Assembly (NCBI GenBank): GCA_965644265.1
Contig: OZ286476.1
Span: forward strand, 18,848,001-18,912,000
Source of the DNA: Glycera tridactyla
Taxonomy: Eukaryota
Direction: 5' to 3'
Length of the DNA stretch: 64,000 nucleotides
Part shown: in pieces, positions 49,017 to 62,589 of the stretch
Layout of the letters: every line of letters begins with the position of its first letter
Position numbering within the stretch: the first letter of the stretch is position 1
The notes under the pieces: model-generated
Seen by the model: only the letters and a program-made list of their open reading frames with translations
Told to the model about the DNA's origin: nothing
The model's database searches: none
Position numbers and translations under genes: made by a program

Positions 49017-52000
49017 GTCATGCATATTCTTTCCTTGTTTTTGTTCTGAATTTTATTAAATGTCTGTCAGTAACACATTTGATGTTGCTGTATCGATCAC
49101 AATGCCCACAGAATCCAGGATAGTGAAACATTTATTGCAACTGGTTTGTTGCCGTCGCTATTTTTCTATCAGTGGACAGAGACGGATATTGCATTGATGT
49201 TGACATTGTTATGACTGTGTCAGATTGTCACAACTGTGGACCGGGACATTTCCATCTAGATTGATACCACATCAAAGTGTGTTATTGCCTCATATCACGA
49301 CAGCAGCGAGCACTATATGATAACGTTACCCTATATCTGACAGGGAATAATACTATGATGGTATCTGTCTTACACTGGCTATTCCGCCATTCTTGTGAAC
49401 TTTTTTCAATCAGTTCCATCCAGGGTAGAGCTGCAAGAAAGCTTGACTTTTTTCAATCACCATCATCAGAAGTATTTGTCTCTGTGTGTATAAAGACGCC
49501 TTCATTCATATTCCAGAACTGCTTTCTCTCACTATTCCAATGTTTTTTATCAGCCATGTAAGATAGATTTCCACAGAGGTTTATGCAAGATATAGAAGCT
49601 AAATATGTCGATCTTGCACTTGTCAAATTCAATCACATTTTGAAGCGATAATTAACCTCGAATCAATCACAAAAAAGGTTAGGCAACCATTTTGGATGCT
49701 CGAAGATAGTGGAGGTGTCCTTGATTTATGAGTGTGGGGATAATGTGTGCTTTGCGCTAGGTTATTCATCTTCAATTGTGAGGTGGTGGTGATGGAGAAA
49801 TGTACAAATAAATCCGCTTTCACACTGACAATTCTGTTGACACCATGCAGGAGATCAGAATGCAAATCCAGAACAACAAATCAGATGATCGGCCTAATAG
49901 GTATATAATTTGCACTCTTCGATGGTGCATCTTGAAATACAATTTAATTCCGACAGAAGTAGTTTTCAACCTATGCACACCCTTGAAAAAATAAGTTCAC
50001 AAATGAGTTCATGAATTGGACTTAATGACGCTTGTCTATTGTTTGCTGGTGGCTGTCAGCGGGATAATTACATATAGAAGTGGATTTATGGTGTTAGGTC
50101 GTGTGTTAATGGTGCATGGCTATGGGTCAATTGAAATGACTGTGATGCTTTCTGCACACAAAATACGACTATTGGTCCCTATGCGTCTCAGGGTGATCGT
50201 CTAGGGCTAATATATGCGACTCCGAAAGGCTGAGCAGTCTGCGAACTTGTCCGTGTCAGTATCCATTATTCGCAACAACTCTTTGAGGTAGGTGAGGGGC
50301 TGTTTCCTAATGCCCGCTGTCGTCTTCAGGTATTATTAGTCTCATCAATTTTCCAACAGCAACCGCCAGAATTGGCTGGAGATCGATCAGTGAAGCAAGC
50401 ACACCCCCTCTCCACTTCAACTCCTGTTAGGTGTTGCAACCAAGGGATCCCTTGAATTTTCGGCAGGGGTATGCTCGACGCATGTAAGATCAGTATTTGG
50501 GCCGGTTGCTATCGGTTGCGTTGCCTTCACTGTCACATGTATACACAGAGTCATGTGAATTGTCGCTATTTTATTCCGTTTGGGTCGATCATTGTCACTG
50601 AAAAAGCTATGGGATGAAAAACATGAACCAATTGGGGATCTCCGACGCCCGTTGATTCTTGTCATAATCTTGATAGCTATTTTCACGAACTGATTCCCCC
50701 CCGTCTTGTGTTCAGGGTCTATGGGAGTGTGTTTTCAAGAAGTAATACATCGAGCACCCATGGGTGTGTAACGTACAGCGTGTACCCATCCCATCGACTG
50801 TTGAGCACTCAAAAAGAGTAATTGTGAATGGCTTCTCCCCATACCAACCATAATGTTTCGTGTCAGGATTTCTGATCTGGTCTCGTACCAGCTATTGACT
50901 AATTCATGTATCGACTCCATTCGAAGAAGAGAATACGTTTTTCAATACAACCGTGATTTGGGTTGAGGGAGAAACGAGTTGGATACGAAGGACTGTGAAG
51001 TTGTGAATCTACATGAATCGATATGACGAGTCAGGTACGTGAAATGAAACTCAGGGGAATTAGCGGCCTCACAAAATAATAAAACAGATGAAAATTACTC
51101 ACTCTCCCGCTGGATGACATCATTCAATGATATTACAGTCGGATAGTTATATAAATTTTTTGTGAGATATCAACATCCATGTTTCCTATTATACATTCTG
51201 TGACTCAAATTATGAGGTCATCGCCGATGTCACATACATCTGATGAGTGGTGATGTCAATGATGGTGGTCATCATGAATACTATTGTCTTTGGCATGGCA
51301 ATGCTAAGCAATAATGCCGACCTTCGGAAACCTTCGCCATATTTCCCAAGATGGTATACCACTCAGAATTGATTGATAGATTGAATGATTGGTCATTGGT
51401 TGATTGATTTATTGATCAATACAGCCAGGTACAGATCATCGTTTCTCTCTGATTATGAAACATTCTCTCACCAATACAATATCTTTGTGAGAAAATTTTT
51501 TGAAGCAGGTGTCACCGAAAGTAGGTACAGGTAGATAAGCACAAGAATGGAGGAGTTCCATGGACAACGCTCTCTTACTTTTGGTATCATGGACGTTGAT
51601 ATTTCATAAGTTCATGTGAGTCCAGTGAGTGTAGCGAGTGTGGCATTGATCAGATATCAGGTTCTGATGTTCCTAGCTTACCTTATGGTTGGTACATGTG
51701 AGTACAGTAGGAGTAAGTAGCTTGTAGTGGGTAGAGTGTCAGAAGTTTATATTTCAAGCTTGCCTAATGCCTATTACCTGTGAGTGCAGACGTTTGGGTA
51801 GCATGACATTGAATAGATGTCAGAGCTTTATGTTTCAAGCTTACTTCATGCTTGGTACATGTGGGTACAGTGAGTGTTGAGAGTATGGCGTTGGTTAGAT
51901 GTCAGAGCCTGATATTTCAAGCAAACGTAATGCTCGGTACGTGTGGGTGCAGTATGCTTGGTACATGTGGGTGCTGTAAGCCCACCCATCACCTAGATGA

Positions 52001-55000
52001 CCTTCAGCACTGACAAGAAATCACGCCCCCTCCAAAGTCCTCTGACATTGCTTTCCTATGATTACATCCCCGCCTTTCCTTGACCTTCCACCAGCAGACC
52101 CGAGAGACTCCTCATTTTTGTCGTATACAATCGGAAAGATTGAATATGCCTCCTCTCTACAAAACAAGTCACCCAAAAGCCACTTACTGTAAAATTTGCT
52201 TGCAAATTCGCATATGCCATCATCATCATCATCTAATTTGTTCTTTCTGGGATTGCAAACATTCGATCATCATCACCAACTTCGTCGTCATCGTCGTCAT
52301 TGTCGTCGTCATCTTTGGTCATCTGCATCGAAAAGAACCCTGCAATTTTACGAGATTGTTTGTCCTGCTTGATATGTGTTGTCAATGATCTGAGATGAAT
52401 TATATTAATTCTGAATACGTAATACAAATCAAATTATGGAAGGCTAAATTGTGGCTTACAGTATGCTCTCCAACATACATTCTTCCTACATAAATTCTCA
52501 GCAGATTCTTCTTAGTGTAGAGTGCAGACCTTACTGACCTGAGTGACGACACAGCTCCAATATCAAATGGTAAACTTTGTTTTCTCTGGTCACCCATCCA
52601 AGCCGAAGCTTTTTTCGCCATTGCATGACAATTCTGTTAGGTGAAGAACTCAAATGTTTGCATATAACTCACACTGCAAGTAAACCAGATGACACAGTGA
52701 ATGTTATTGAAGAATTGTTTTGTACTCTATAAACTTTATTTCGATTCATGAAATATTCATCAAGTATACAGTTTGTAGTTAGCGATGGAGTTGTTTTTTC
52801 CATGTTTTTTCCAACATACAAGAAAGAATAGGAAGATTAGTAACAAAACATTATGAACCTATTACCAAAGTTTATGCTCGTACTTCCCTATTGCAAAAGA
52901 GGAACATTCATGCATCAAGTGACAAAGAACCTTATAGATGCATACACACTCGCATTCATATCTCAAAACAAACACCACTATCTCACCCAGTCACATGCAC
53001 ACACATACACACAAACACACACACATGCATATCCATGATGGAAAACAAGCGCTCAGATTCATAACATCAAGAGCATCCGAGCTGCAAACCCTGCCTCGAC
53101 CAAATGATGATGATGATGATGATGACAAGTGACTATCTGATAAACTATTCATGAGACTCACATGACTATGAACCACCGCAATACCAGTATCGCCCTGTCC
53201 CCATGGAAGTCATATACAACGTTTTTTTTTTCTATTCTCTATCTGTAGGTGAGATTGAGTGGCTCTCAGACACATGGGCGGGGTAAGTACATACCAGAAG
53301 ACTCCAGTCACGATGCTGGTCCACATTTGTTTGACCGCAAATGATACATAGGAGAAGCAAGTGTAGCATATGGCTCAGAAAATCATAACTAGATATATGC
53401 GAGCTGTGGGCAGGCAGGGCAACCACTGCCAAGGTACATCATTATCGTGCTGACAAAGTGCTGACTTCTGATGTGAGGACAGGGACAACACTGGTACTCA
53501 TACTCCTCCATCTGTTCTTCCTATATAAGGCTTCATAAACATTTATTAGCAAAATGTATTATACATACATTCCCACTTAACAAGGTTACAGACAATGAAA
53601 TGGTATACGATAGACAAATATTGACTCAGAGAGATAATGCAAAAAATGGCATTCGGATTTGTTGGTAGTTCAAGCATCAATGTTGTTGCTATATATAAGT
53701 GACACGTTCAGGTATACTTGTGGTATTTCACTGAACATCTTCCATCACACATACTCTGATAACACAAATAAATAGGGTTGTGCTAACTAGGACTGAGTTT
53801 GACTGTGGTTACACGAGAGTGTGCCTAACTTATCAAAGATAAGTATAGGATAAGCACAAATCAGAATGGATGTGAATATTCCCGTGAACAATATGTATAC
53901 TATGCTGGGTTTGGGCATAATGGTCTCTACCATGAGATATGTGTGAATTATGTCTTGTCCGGGGTTTGCAGCAAGGGCAGATGAACTTGAAGGCGAAAGC
54001 CTGCAGTAGGGCTCAAAGTAGGGCAGAGAAATTCTTAGAGGGGAAGACTCAGATTGTCCTGCCTTTGGCACTGAAGAACAAGTCATATTTCATCACAAAG
54101 CCAAGAGCAACCAGATTATATGTATTCATATATATGTTATATATATATATATATATATATTTATTTATTTATTCATCTATATATCTTATATCCATTTGCA
54201 TATATGTATAAATTTCACAGATACAAAAGCCAAGGAAATTGTGAATATTGAGCAAGTGTCATTCCTACTGTTTCAGAATTGCCAACATGCTCTGAACAGG
54301 TTGTCGATTTCAAAAAAGTGAACTCATCCTTGCAAGACCACAGCATTGCTCACATATTTTTATGGATGGAAAATACCATGATAGTAACACATGGTGACTT
54401 GGTGCACTCTTACATATTTCAACCAAGGTGTCTTCAAATCATGTATATTGTTGTCATTTAGTTAGAAGAAGGTGAAGTCTTCGCTCTCAATCCAACAATC
54501 AATCTAATGCCTTATACAAAATATGTGAATCCATGTGAGGTGCTTGCTTCACTCTTAATAACAGCAGTAAATTAAAACGATTGCTATCAGTATGTCTTCA
54601 AAAAGCAATGGATTGACAGACACAGACAGCCTAGCAAGATTCCTACGTTGATGACATCTGGTGGTATATCCTGATTCGTTGTCGAGAAGCTGTGATGTGG
54701 AAGGTGCTTCATCATGAAATGGAGTTTCACAGACGATTTCGCCGCCTGGTAACAGAGATATATGGTGCTATGAATATGGTAAACAACCGTACTGGAGTGT
54801 GGTTGAGGAGTAGGGGGAGAATTCAAGGTGCTTTAATCAGAGTATATCAGCATGACGATGGCAATGTATGCATCCGCTGGGGATCATTACAATGATATGT
54901 GTTGCACTTTTTCTGATGCCATCCTCCATAGTTATCCAAAGCTTGGTCTAACCCCATTCAGGCTGCTCATTTTTACCGGCTTTGAAAATTTTTGGGGCGC

Positions 55001-55535
55001 CTCTTTTGGTGAACACTGTTGAAACAGATGGTTCAACAGAATTATAAATAGTCACTCAGTGTATGGTCGGATAAATGGATGAATGTATGAANNNNNNNNN
55101 NNNNNNNNNNNNNNNNNNNNNNNNNNNNNNNNNNNNNNNNNNNNNNNNNNNNNNNNNNNNNNNNNNNNNNNNNNNNNNNNNNNNNNNNNNNNNNNNNNNN
55201 NNNNNNNNNNNNNNNNNNNNNNNNNNNNNNNNNNNNNNNNNNNNNNNNNNNNNNNNNNNNNNNNNNNNNNNNNNNNNNNNNNNNNNNNNNNNNNNNNNNN
55301 NNNNNNNNNNNNNNNNNNNNNNNNNNNNNNNNNNNNNNNNNNNNNNNNNNNNNNNNNNNNNNNNNNNNNNNNNNNNNNNNNNNNNNNNNNNNNNNNNNNN
55401 NNNNNNNNNNNNNNNNNNNNNNNNNNNNNNNNNNNNNNNNNNNNNNNNNNNNNNNNNNNNNNNNNNNNNNNNNNNNNNNNNNNNNNNNNNNNNNNNNNNN
55501 NNNNNNNNNNNNNNNNNNNNNNNNNNNNNNNNNNA

Positions 55536-55727
55536 TATATAGGTAGGTAGATAGATAAATAGATAGATAGATTGATAGATAGATAGATAGATAGATTGAT
55601 AGATAGATAGATAGATCGAAAGATAGATAGATAGATTCCTGCATGGTAGGACCGGGCATGGTAGGACCGGGGACCGGGGATTGAACCCCAGACCCATTGC
55701 ACGCCGGCCCAGCATGCTACCGCTGAG
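55536..55727 (-). mobile_element. tRNA-derived SINE-like fragment with (ATCT)n tail
   Basis: The minus strand reads ctcagcggtagcatgc...ggggttcaatccccgg (A-box-like and B-box), then a doubled ccggtcctaccatgc and (atct)n. The 5' end is hidden by an N-run. Confidence 0.6.
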
Positions 55728-58079
55728 NNNNNNNNNNNNNNNNNNNNNNNNNNNNNNNNNNNNNNNNNNNNNNNNNNNNNNNNNNNNNNNNNNNNNNNNN
55801 NNNNNNNNNNNNNNNNNNNNNNNNNNNNNNNNNNNNNNNNNNNNNNNNNNNNNNNNNNNNNNNNNNNNNNNNNNNNNNNNNNNNNNNNNNNNNNNNNNNN
55901 NNNNNNNNNNNNNNNNNNNNTCACATAGAATCATTATGCTCAGCATGTAATCTGCACAGAATTTTGGGGCCTGCCTAGCTAGCCGCTCAACTGGAGAGGC
56001 CATCTAGTTCATATGCCCCATTAGCAACCCTCTGCACGGATCCTCCAAATATTCTTTGATTCCACCAACGACCTGCGATGAATGAACTCCTGAACTCCGC
56101 AGAGTGGTTCACAATCATAATTGCGATTATATACAATTTTATAATGATTGGCAACCATTGCCAACTGACCCTACGGAGAGGGGTTTCATCTGTCGTTTAT
56201 AATTGTATTATCAAAATATCTCCGATGCCGTCAGTCACTTCTTCAACCTTTCAACATATTGCATGGAAATTCATATGTAATCCCCTTACGTCACAACGTC
56301 AATTTCAATTGACATTTCATTTAACAGCCATTTCGAGGAAGTTCAATCGGATGAAGATATTCTTTCATTTTCGAGCTATGTCGCTGAGAGTTCTTCGACG
56401 AATTCAAGTTTCACTACATGTTTACCAGTCATGATTACCATAGGTACAGAGCTTTGCATCATCCTTTTGTTGAAAGTAGTGGAGTGAGCTTGTGAATCTT
56501 GCTGAACAGATATGTATGAGAAACTAATTACCATCTCGATTACATGAGGATCATTCCCATCGGCCCTCAGCTTGAAATTACTGATAGCGTATGGTTCGAA
56601 TGGAATGACGCTTTGGCTTTCCTTATGGTCACCATGGTTTATTCTGTAATTCAAGGACCAGGCATTTGAATCGTGACTGATGCTTTTGTGACACATGACA
56701 AAGTGCCTCCAATGCACTATGGCACTCGGCCTACGGAGTACATTGGTGTATGAGATGTGTGCTTCCATCATTTCACATGACCGCAGGTGATTTTTGTGAA
56801 TTTTTTCTACTATATCTCTATCGTCAATGACCCACTGCATTCATGCAAATGGTGATGCGTCGATTCTTAGTCCTATATCCCTAAAAGTTGAACTGTTGAA
56901 TCATAGTATTCTTTTGGGAATTCAGTTCAAGACTAGTTTCTTTTGTTTGTTTGTTTGTTAGTTTGGGGTTTAATGGCATGTTTCAACCTAGATGATTATG
57001 TATGCCATGCGTTCATGGTCAATGAAAGTCAGATTTTCTCTGCCCTGCACACATCACTCTCACACATCCTGAACACAAGATGATGAGGAAGCTGAAAGGT
57101 TGTCGAGTGGAAGTAGCTGAGGGTTCATACAAAAATCTAACTACCGATACACAGAAGGGCATATTGAATCTGATGATGGCATAACTAATTATCTGACGGG
57201 CTGGAAGCTTATACTGAAACGAGTCAAGCTTCACAAACATAGGGCACCTATCATTCTAAGGCTGGATAATTGTTCAAGACCAGCTCCCATCTTTTATCCA
57301 GATTGGGCTCAGGACACAGTGTATGTGACACAAAGGCTGAGTATCCGAGGCTTGCATCTATCACCAATGGACGAGTGGAGTATCACCTCTTGGTGGTGGA
57401 AACAATGAGAATATAGTAAATTCTCATGGTCGAATGAGCCTAATTTTGTCCTTAAGTACCAAAATGAGCTGACTGGAAGTTACCACATGTAAGGAATGTC
57501 ATATGCCTCATTATATCAACCTTATCTTCATCGAAATAAGTCATAGTATCAACCATAGCTCATCTCTATTCCTCACCTACCCCTAGGTGTGTACATAGCC
57601 ATACTGAATCTAACCAACCATTTCACTCTTTCTGTCGCCTATGTGTATATACGTTTACCTGTTATCATTTCCTTCGACCACACCTGCATGTAATATGATA
57701 TATATCCATGCTATCTGTGAATAAAGTATTTTCAATTCGATTCAATTCAAACACAGACAGCTCACTTCCAATTAGTTCGATAAATCTTCATTCACGAGAG
57801 CAAGATGACATAGTCGTATCAGTTGCTCCAGTGGACGAACGAACTAAAATATAACACAGGAACAGAAACATCATGAAGCACTAGAGGGTATTATCATCTC
57901 CTTTTTCATCTGCACTTTCTACCGAAATTATTCTATTAGCAAGTCTTTCGTTCTCCACATTTAATATATTCCTTTATGTACAAGAATCTCCGAAAGAATC
58001 CCGATTGATGTAGGTAGTTGATGGATCGTCTTTAGCTGTAGTGGCACCACATGCAAGGCAGACACCAGTCACATGAGCA

Positions 58080-59240
58080 CAGACTTACTGAGGCATCAAC
58101 CAGGTTTGCTAAGAGGTGTGAGAGCATATTACTTAAAGTATAGGCCGAAACTTGTTGTAAAGATGGTTTTACTGATAATTAGGAAGTTCGAGATCATAAC
58201 TTATGCAAATCACCCTCAGAGAGGATATGGTAATAGAGCTGAACCTTCGCTCATTAGTTTTCTAGTTTCCATGGTAACTAATCTCACTATTATACAAACC
58301 TCAGAGGTCGACGATATATGGGTATATTAACGTCAAGGTCTGGTGGTCTATACCTCTGAGGCATAGACCACCTTTTACGCTTTTAAAGAGAGAGTCGACA
58401 TTTCATAGCATCACAAAATCGGTCATCTATCATTAAATGGAGACGTTTGTCAGGGCAGTATTTGGGCAGTGAATCTCGACTAAATGCGCTGCCTGTATAA
58501 GGCCGAGTTCCACATAGGACCCTGTCAAGTCATGGTCTCGTATAAGACTCATCCTTATGTTGGCAGTGATTCCAACACTGCCCATGTAAGACGCTGACAG
58601 GTGTTCCACAGTACAGCAATATTGTTATCCTGAATGGTGGTGATGATGGTGTTGAGTGTGCAGTGCTGGTGTACATTAAGCACAAAGTTATGAGAGAGGC
58701 ACATCTCACAGTAGTATCACGTTTTGATGATGATGATCATGCAAATCAATGAACATCAGTGAGAAAGAATGGAGCAAGGGCCTAATAGGTTGTGTTTGGC
58801 AGATGGCAATGACCTATCACCTGTTGTATACACCCTGTTTCTGTACAGCCATACGTTCTCCCCACTAATTTAAAGGAGGTCAGGACCTACTTGTTTGATG
58901 AAGATGTCTCATCTGATGGTATCAGGAGCGAGTTGAAGCCAGATATCGGCCTATTGACCTCTGCTCCATGTGAGCCATGATGGCAGTATCATATGATATA
59001 CAGTGATTGATCAGAAGTCAGAAAAGCACGTAGGAAAGCCTACATCCCTGTGATACCAAAGACGTTGTTATCTCTTATGTGGATAGAGCCTGATTGCGCA
59101 TGCTGGACATGGCATTTGTGCCTGTGTCGCATATCATCTGCTTATCAATTCAGACACACGTACCCAAAATCGAGCTACGAATCAAACTCAGCCTAGTGTG
59201 TGATGATGATGAAGATTTGCTCGATGCAATTATTTTTCAT
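58080..59240 (+). pseudogene. Duplicate of the 15830-16970 TLR-like remnant
   Basis: ERMEQGPNRLCLADGNDLSP and DTKDVVISYVD are retained. Confidence 0.48.
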
Positions 59241-60459
59241 TCATTTTGTAGTTCATCACTGGGCGAACAAAAGGAGTGAAAAATGCATGTCTCCAAATAC
59301 GTTTTATTGCTAGCCAGATTTGAAAAGTTTATAGAATTACGCCATAAATAAAGTGAAAATATAGACAAATTCGAGAAAGCCTACCTGAAATCGATATCGC
59401 CAGACCTACCCACTCAAACTTTTCGAATTATCATCTGAAATCATCATTCACTCACCCACCCACTCAAGCACCCAAAGCAACCGACTAACACCAGGGGCAA
59501 TCAGAGAAGTTTTACCCTTTGGTGTTCACACACATTGGGGAATACAAATGATGCAGTATTTGTTTGAAGGACAGTGATACAGGTATCTAGGATGGTGGGC
59601 AAGTGATCATTTTGTGTGTTGCCATCGGTGCCTGTCAAAAAACCAGAAAAAACTCCCTGGTACATCCTTGAGCATAGTTACATTAGAGTTGTTGATATGG
59701 GTCATGTCATATGTATCCACGNNNNNNNNNNNNNNNNNNNNNNNNNNNNNNNNNNNNNNNNNNNNNNNNNNNNNNNNNNNNNNNNNNNNNNNNNNNNNNN
59801 NNNNNNNNNNNNNNNNNNNNNNNNNNNNNNNNNNNNNNNNNNNNNNNNNNNNNNNNNNNNNNNNNNNNNNNNNNNNNNNNNNNNNNNNNNNNNNNNNATA
59901 TATAACAAGTCGTCATCCTAAAAAAGAATGTATTGCTCCTAAATGTTATGGCGAATGAAAATGTTGTTGATTTAATTGAATTAGATTGAATAGTTGAGAA
60001 ACGCTTATGCATGAGTTGGTTGCCATGGGGAATATCTCGCTGAATGCTCATAATCGAAATGTGAGTTGTTACCCTGCATTTTCTTCACATGTACTGTTTT
60101 GCAATGTCTTGCTATACTGCATTTGTATATAGGTCTTTTGGACTCAAAGGGGAAGGGAAGAATCTCCCCCCGGCGGGTGTAAAGAAAGTTTTTCAAATTC
60201 AAATTTGAAATTCAAACTCAACACAATCTAGCAATCAGGGTGATATTGAGAACACATGGTCAGTGATGTGCTCGATATGCTGATATAATAGACCTAGCTG
60301 CAGATGAGATAGGTGCACCCACATTTCCTGCACTATGATATAACTGCGGAGACACGACCACACAGAGTCAGATGGGTATAATGGTTACAGAAAGTGCAGT
60401 GCCTAGTTTGACATGGGGCCAAGCTGTAGTTGTCTGCTCGTCGACAAACATCCACACCT

Positions 60460-60870
60460 CTTGTAGTGCTTTACAAGTCTGGTATCTTTAGCAAGTTCAA
60501 CCGACTTCAAAAAACCATTCCTCGGCAGGCCTCTGTTCAAGCTTGAGACTGCCTCATCTCCCAAGAGAGTAAACAACACTGATGCAGAATTGTTGACTGC
60601 AATAGCTAAGCGCTCTGAAATCACAGTCACTGCTTATATACCAAGTACTGATTCACACCTGGGTGAAGTGAAGTTGTGGAGTACAGAAGTTCCACTCAGT
60701 TACATCCTCACAGAAGTGCCTTCTCAGATAGAAGTGGAAATCATACAGATCTTTGTAATGGTGAAGGTCTGGCATGGAAAGGGGAACATGTCCATGTTGG
60801 TCACCTATCTGAGGAGGAGTCCTGCTCACTGTTGTAAACAGTGCTGCCAGTGGGAACCAGTGTCTGCTCC
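60460..60870 (+). repeat. Conserved element Z, copy 5
   Basis: Paralog of copy 2. Confidence 0.85.
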
Positions 60871-61560
60871 TACCTGCCACTTATATCCGAATCATCAGGC
60901 GATCATTCCCTTGAAGTAAGCCCATGAGCATGTCCAAGAGCGAGCCTATAGAAAGCCTAGTGAGCAGATTGTGAGCTGGTTGTGAGCATGTTTGCTGGTA
61001 ACCATTGCTCAGTGTCATTATCCACCAACCATATCCGACAGATAATGTGATGGCTATCTATGGTGTGTGCCCTGCTTGCCAATTCACAGATATGGCATCT
61101 TGATTGGCTTGTCTATCGTACTCTGCCTACAGTATACCAACCCTAAAGGTATTGAGATGAGTATATCTGACTGTTCTGTTATGTAGGTACAAACAAAATG
61201 ATAGTATTGATAGTATTGATAATCATATATATTGCCAGAAAGTAAAGGTAGAGTGCAGGCCATTCAGTTGCAAGGCGATGTGTATCGTTTGTGAGTTTGA
61301 GGGCTGGGGGAGGGGTGGGGTCCAGGGTTTGATCCCTGCCTCAGTGGGCCAGAAAAGACTAGACATTTTTAAGCTCCGACATGGTTTTACATTGATTTAA
61401 TGATAATAATAATAATAATGATAATGATGATAATAATAATGATGATAATAAAGATTGTGATAATAGACATCCTGATAATGAAAATGTAGCCAGAAAAAAA
61501 GCAGAAAAAAGTCGCAGGAAAAGCCGTTTTACAGTTGAGGCTTGAAAAGGGGCACGATTA

Positions 61561-62589
61561 AGGGGCCTTTACACATACGTGATTGTGAGGCGGTTGGCAC
61601 ATGGATTACGTAATGCAGTGATGCTGCAGTGGCGCGGTCGGGACCCGATGGTGAGGCAGCGACAAGGAGAGATGCTGAGGTGACGTGGCGGCTTGCTGNN
61701 NNNNNNNNNNNNNNNNNNNNNNNNNNNNNNNNNNNNNNNNNNNNNNNNNNNNNNNNNNNNNNNNNNNNNNNNNNNNNNNNNNNNNNNNNNNNNNNNNNNN
61801 NNNNNNNNNNNNNNNNNNNNNNNNNNNNNNNNNNNNNNNNNNNNNNNNNNNNNNNNNNNNNNNNNNNNNNNNNNNNNNNNNNNNNNNNNNNNNNNNNNNN
61901 NNNNNNNNNNNNNNNNNNNNNNNNNNNNNNNNNNNNNNNNNNNNNNNNNNNNNNNNNNNNNNNNNNNNNNNNNNNNNNNNNNNNNNNNNNNNNNNNNNNN
62001 NNNNNNNNNNNNNNNNNNNNNNNNNNNNNNNNNNNNNNNNNNNNNNNNNNNNNNNNNNNNNNNNNNNNNNNNNNNNNNNNNNNNNNNNNNNNNNNNNNNN
62101 NNNNNNNNNNNNNNNNNNNNNNNNNNNNNNNNNNNNNNNNNNNNNNNNNNNNNNNNNNNNNNNNNNNNNNNNNNNNNNNNNNNNNNNNNNNNNNNTGACC
62201 GCCAGCAGATCGCATTGACATCACACTAAGGGCTTCACAACTGTACGGCTACCGCCACACCACCTGGAGAGAACCGCTGGCCTATTATATGCTTGCAATC
62301 ATGCTGAAGTCTCCGAGCAGCGAAGGCGATTGTATTATATCATCAACACGGCTACGAGATGATGATGATGCGATGGAGATGCGGCCTATTTGACTGCCTT
62401 GTGGATATTGACTTTTTCAAAAACCTCGAGGCGGTTTGTCAGACCGCCGGGGTTGTGAGATGACAAGGCTGGGGGCAAGGCAGCTATGTGGCGGTGGAGA
62501 GCCGATGACGGGTGTAAGGGAGGCGGTTTTGCATTTTCTAGCCACCGCCACTCTGCCGCCACCTCCTACCGTGTATGTGTAAAACCCCT
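61561..62589. mobile_element. Paralogous copy of the putative Harbinger-type MITE, without DIRS (contains the empty site)
   Basis: tta|aggggcctttacacatac ... gtatgtgtaaaacccct|tca; the interior is colinear with the DIRS flanks in unit 1. Confidence 0.45.

Noticed and set aside
54692-54895. ORF faintly like an ionotropic glutamate receptor S1 segment (YG...TG.W..G.LI)
   Set aside because: Only a loose pattern; the paralog at ~12880-13070 has stops and no flanking domain pieces were found.
1011-62229. ORFs composed mostly of X in the ORF track
   Set aside because: Artefacts of translating N-runs.
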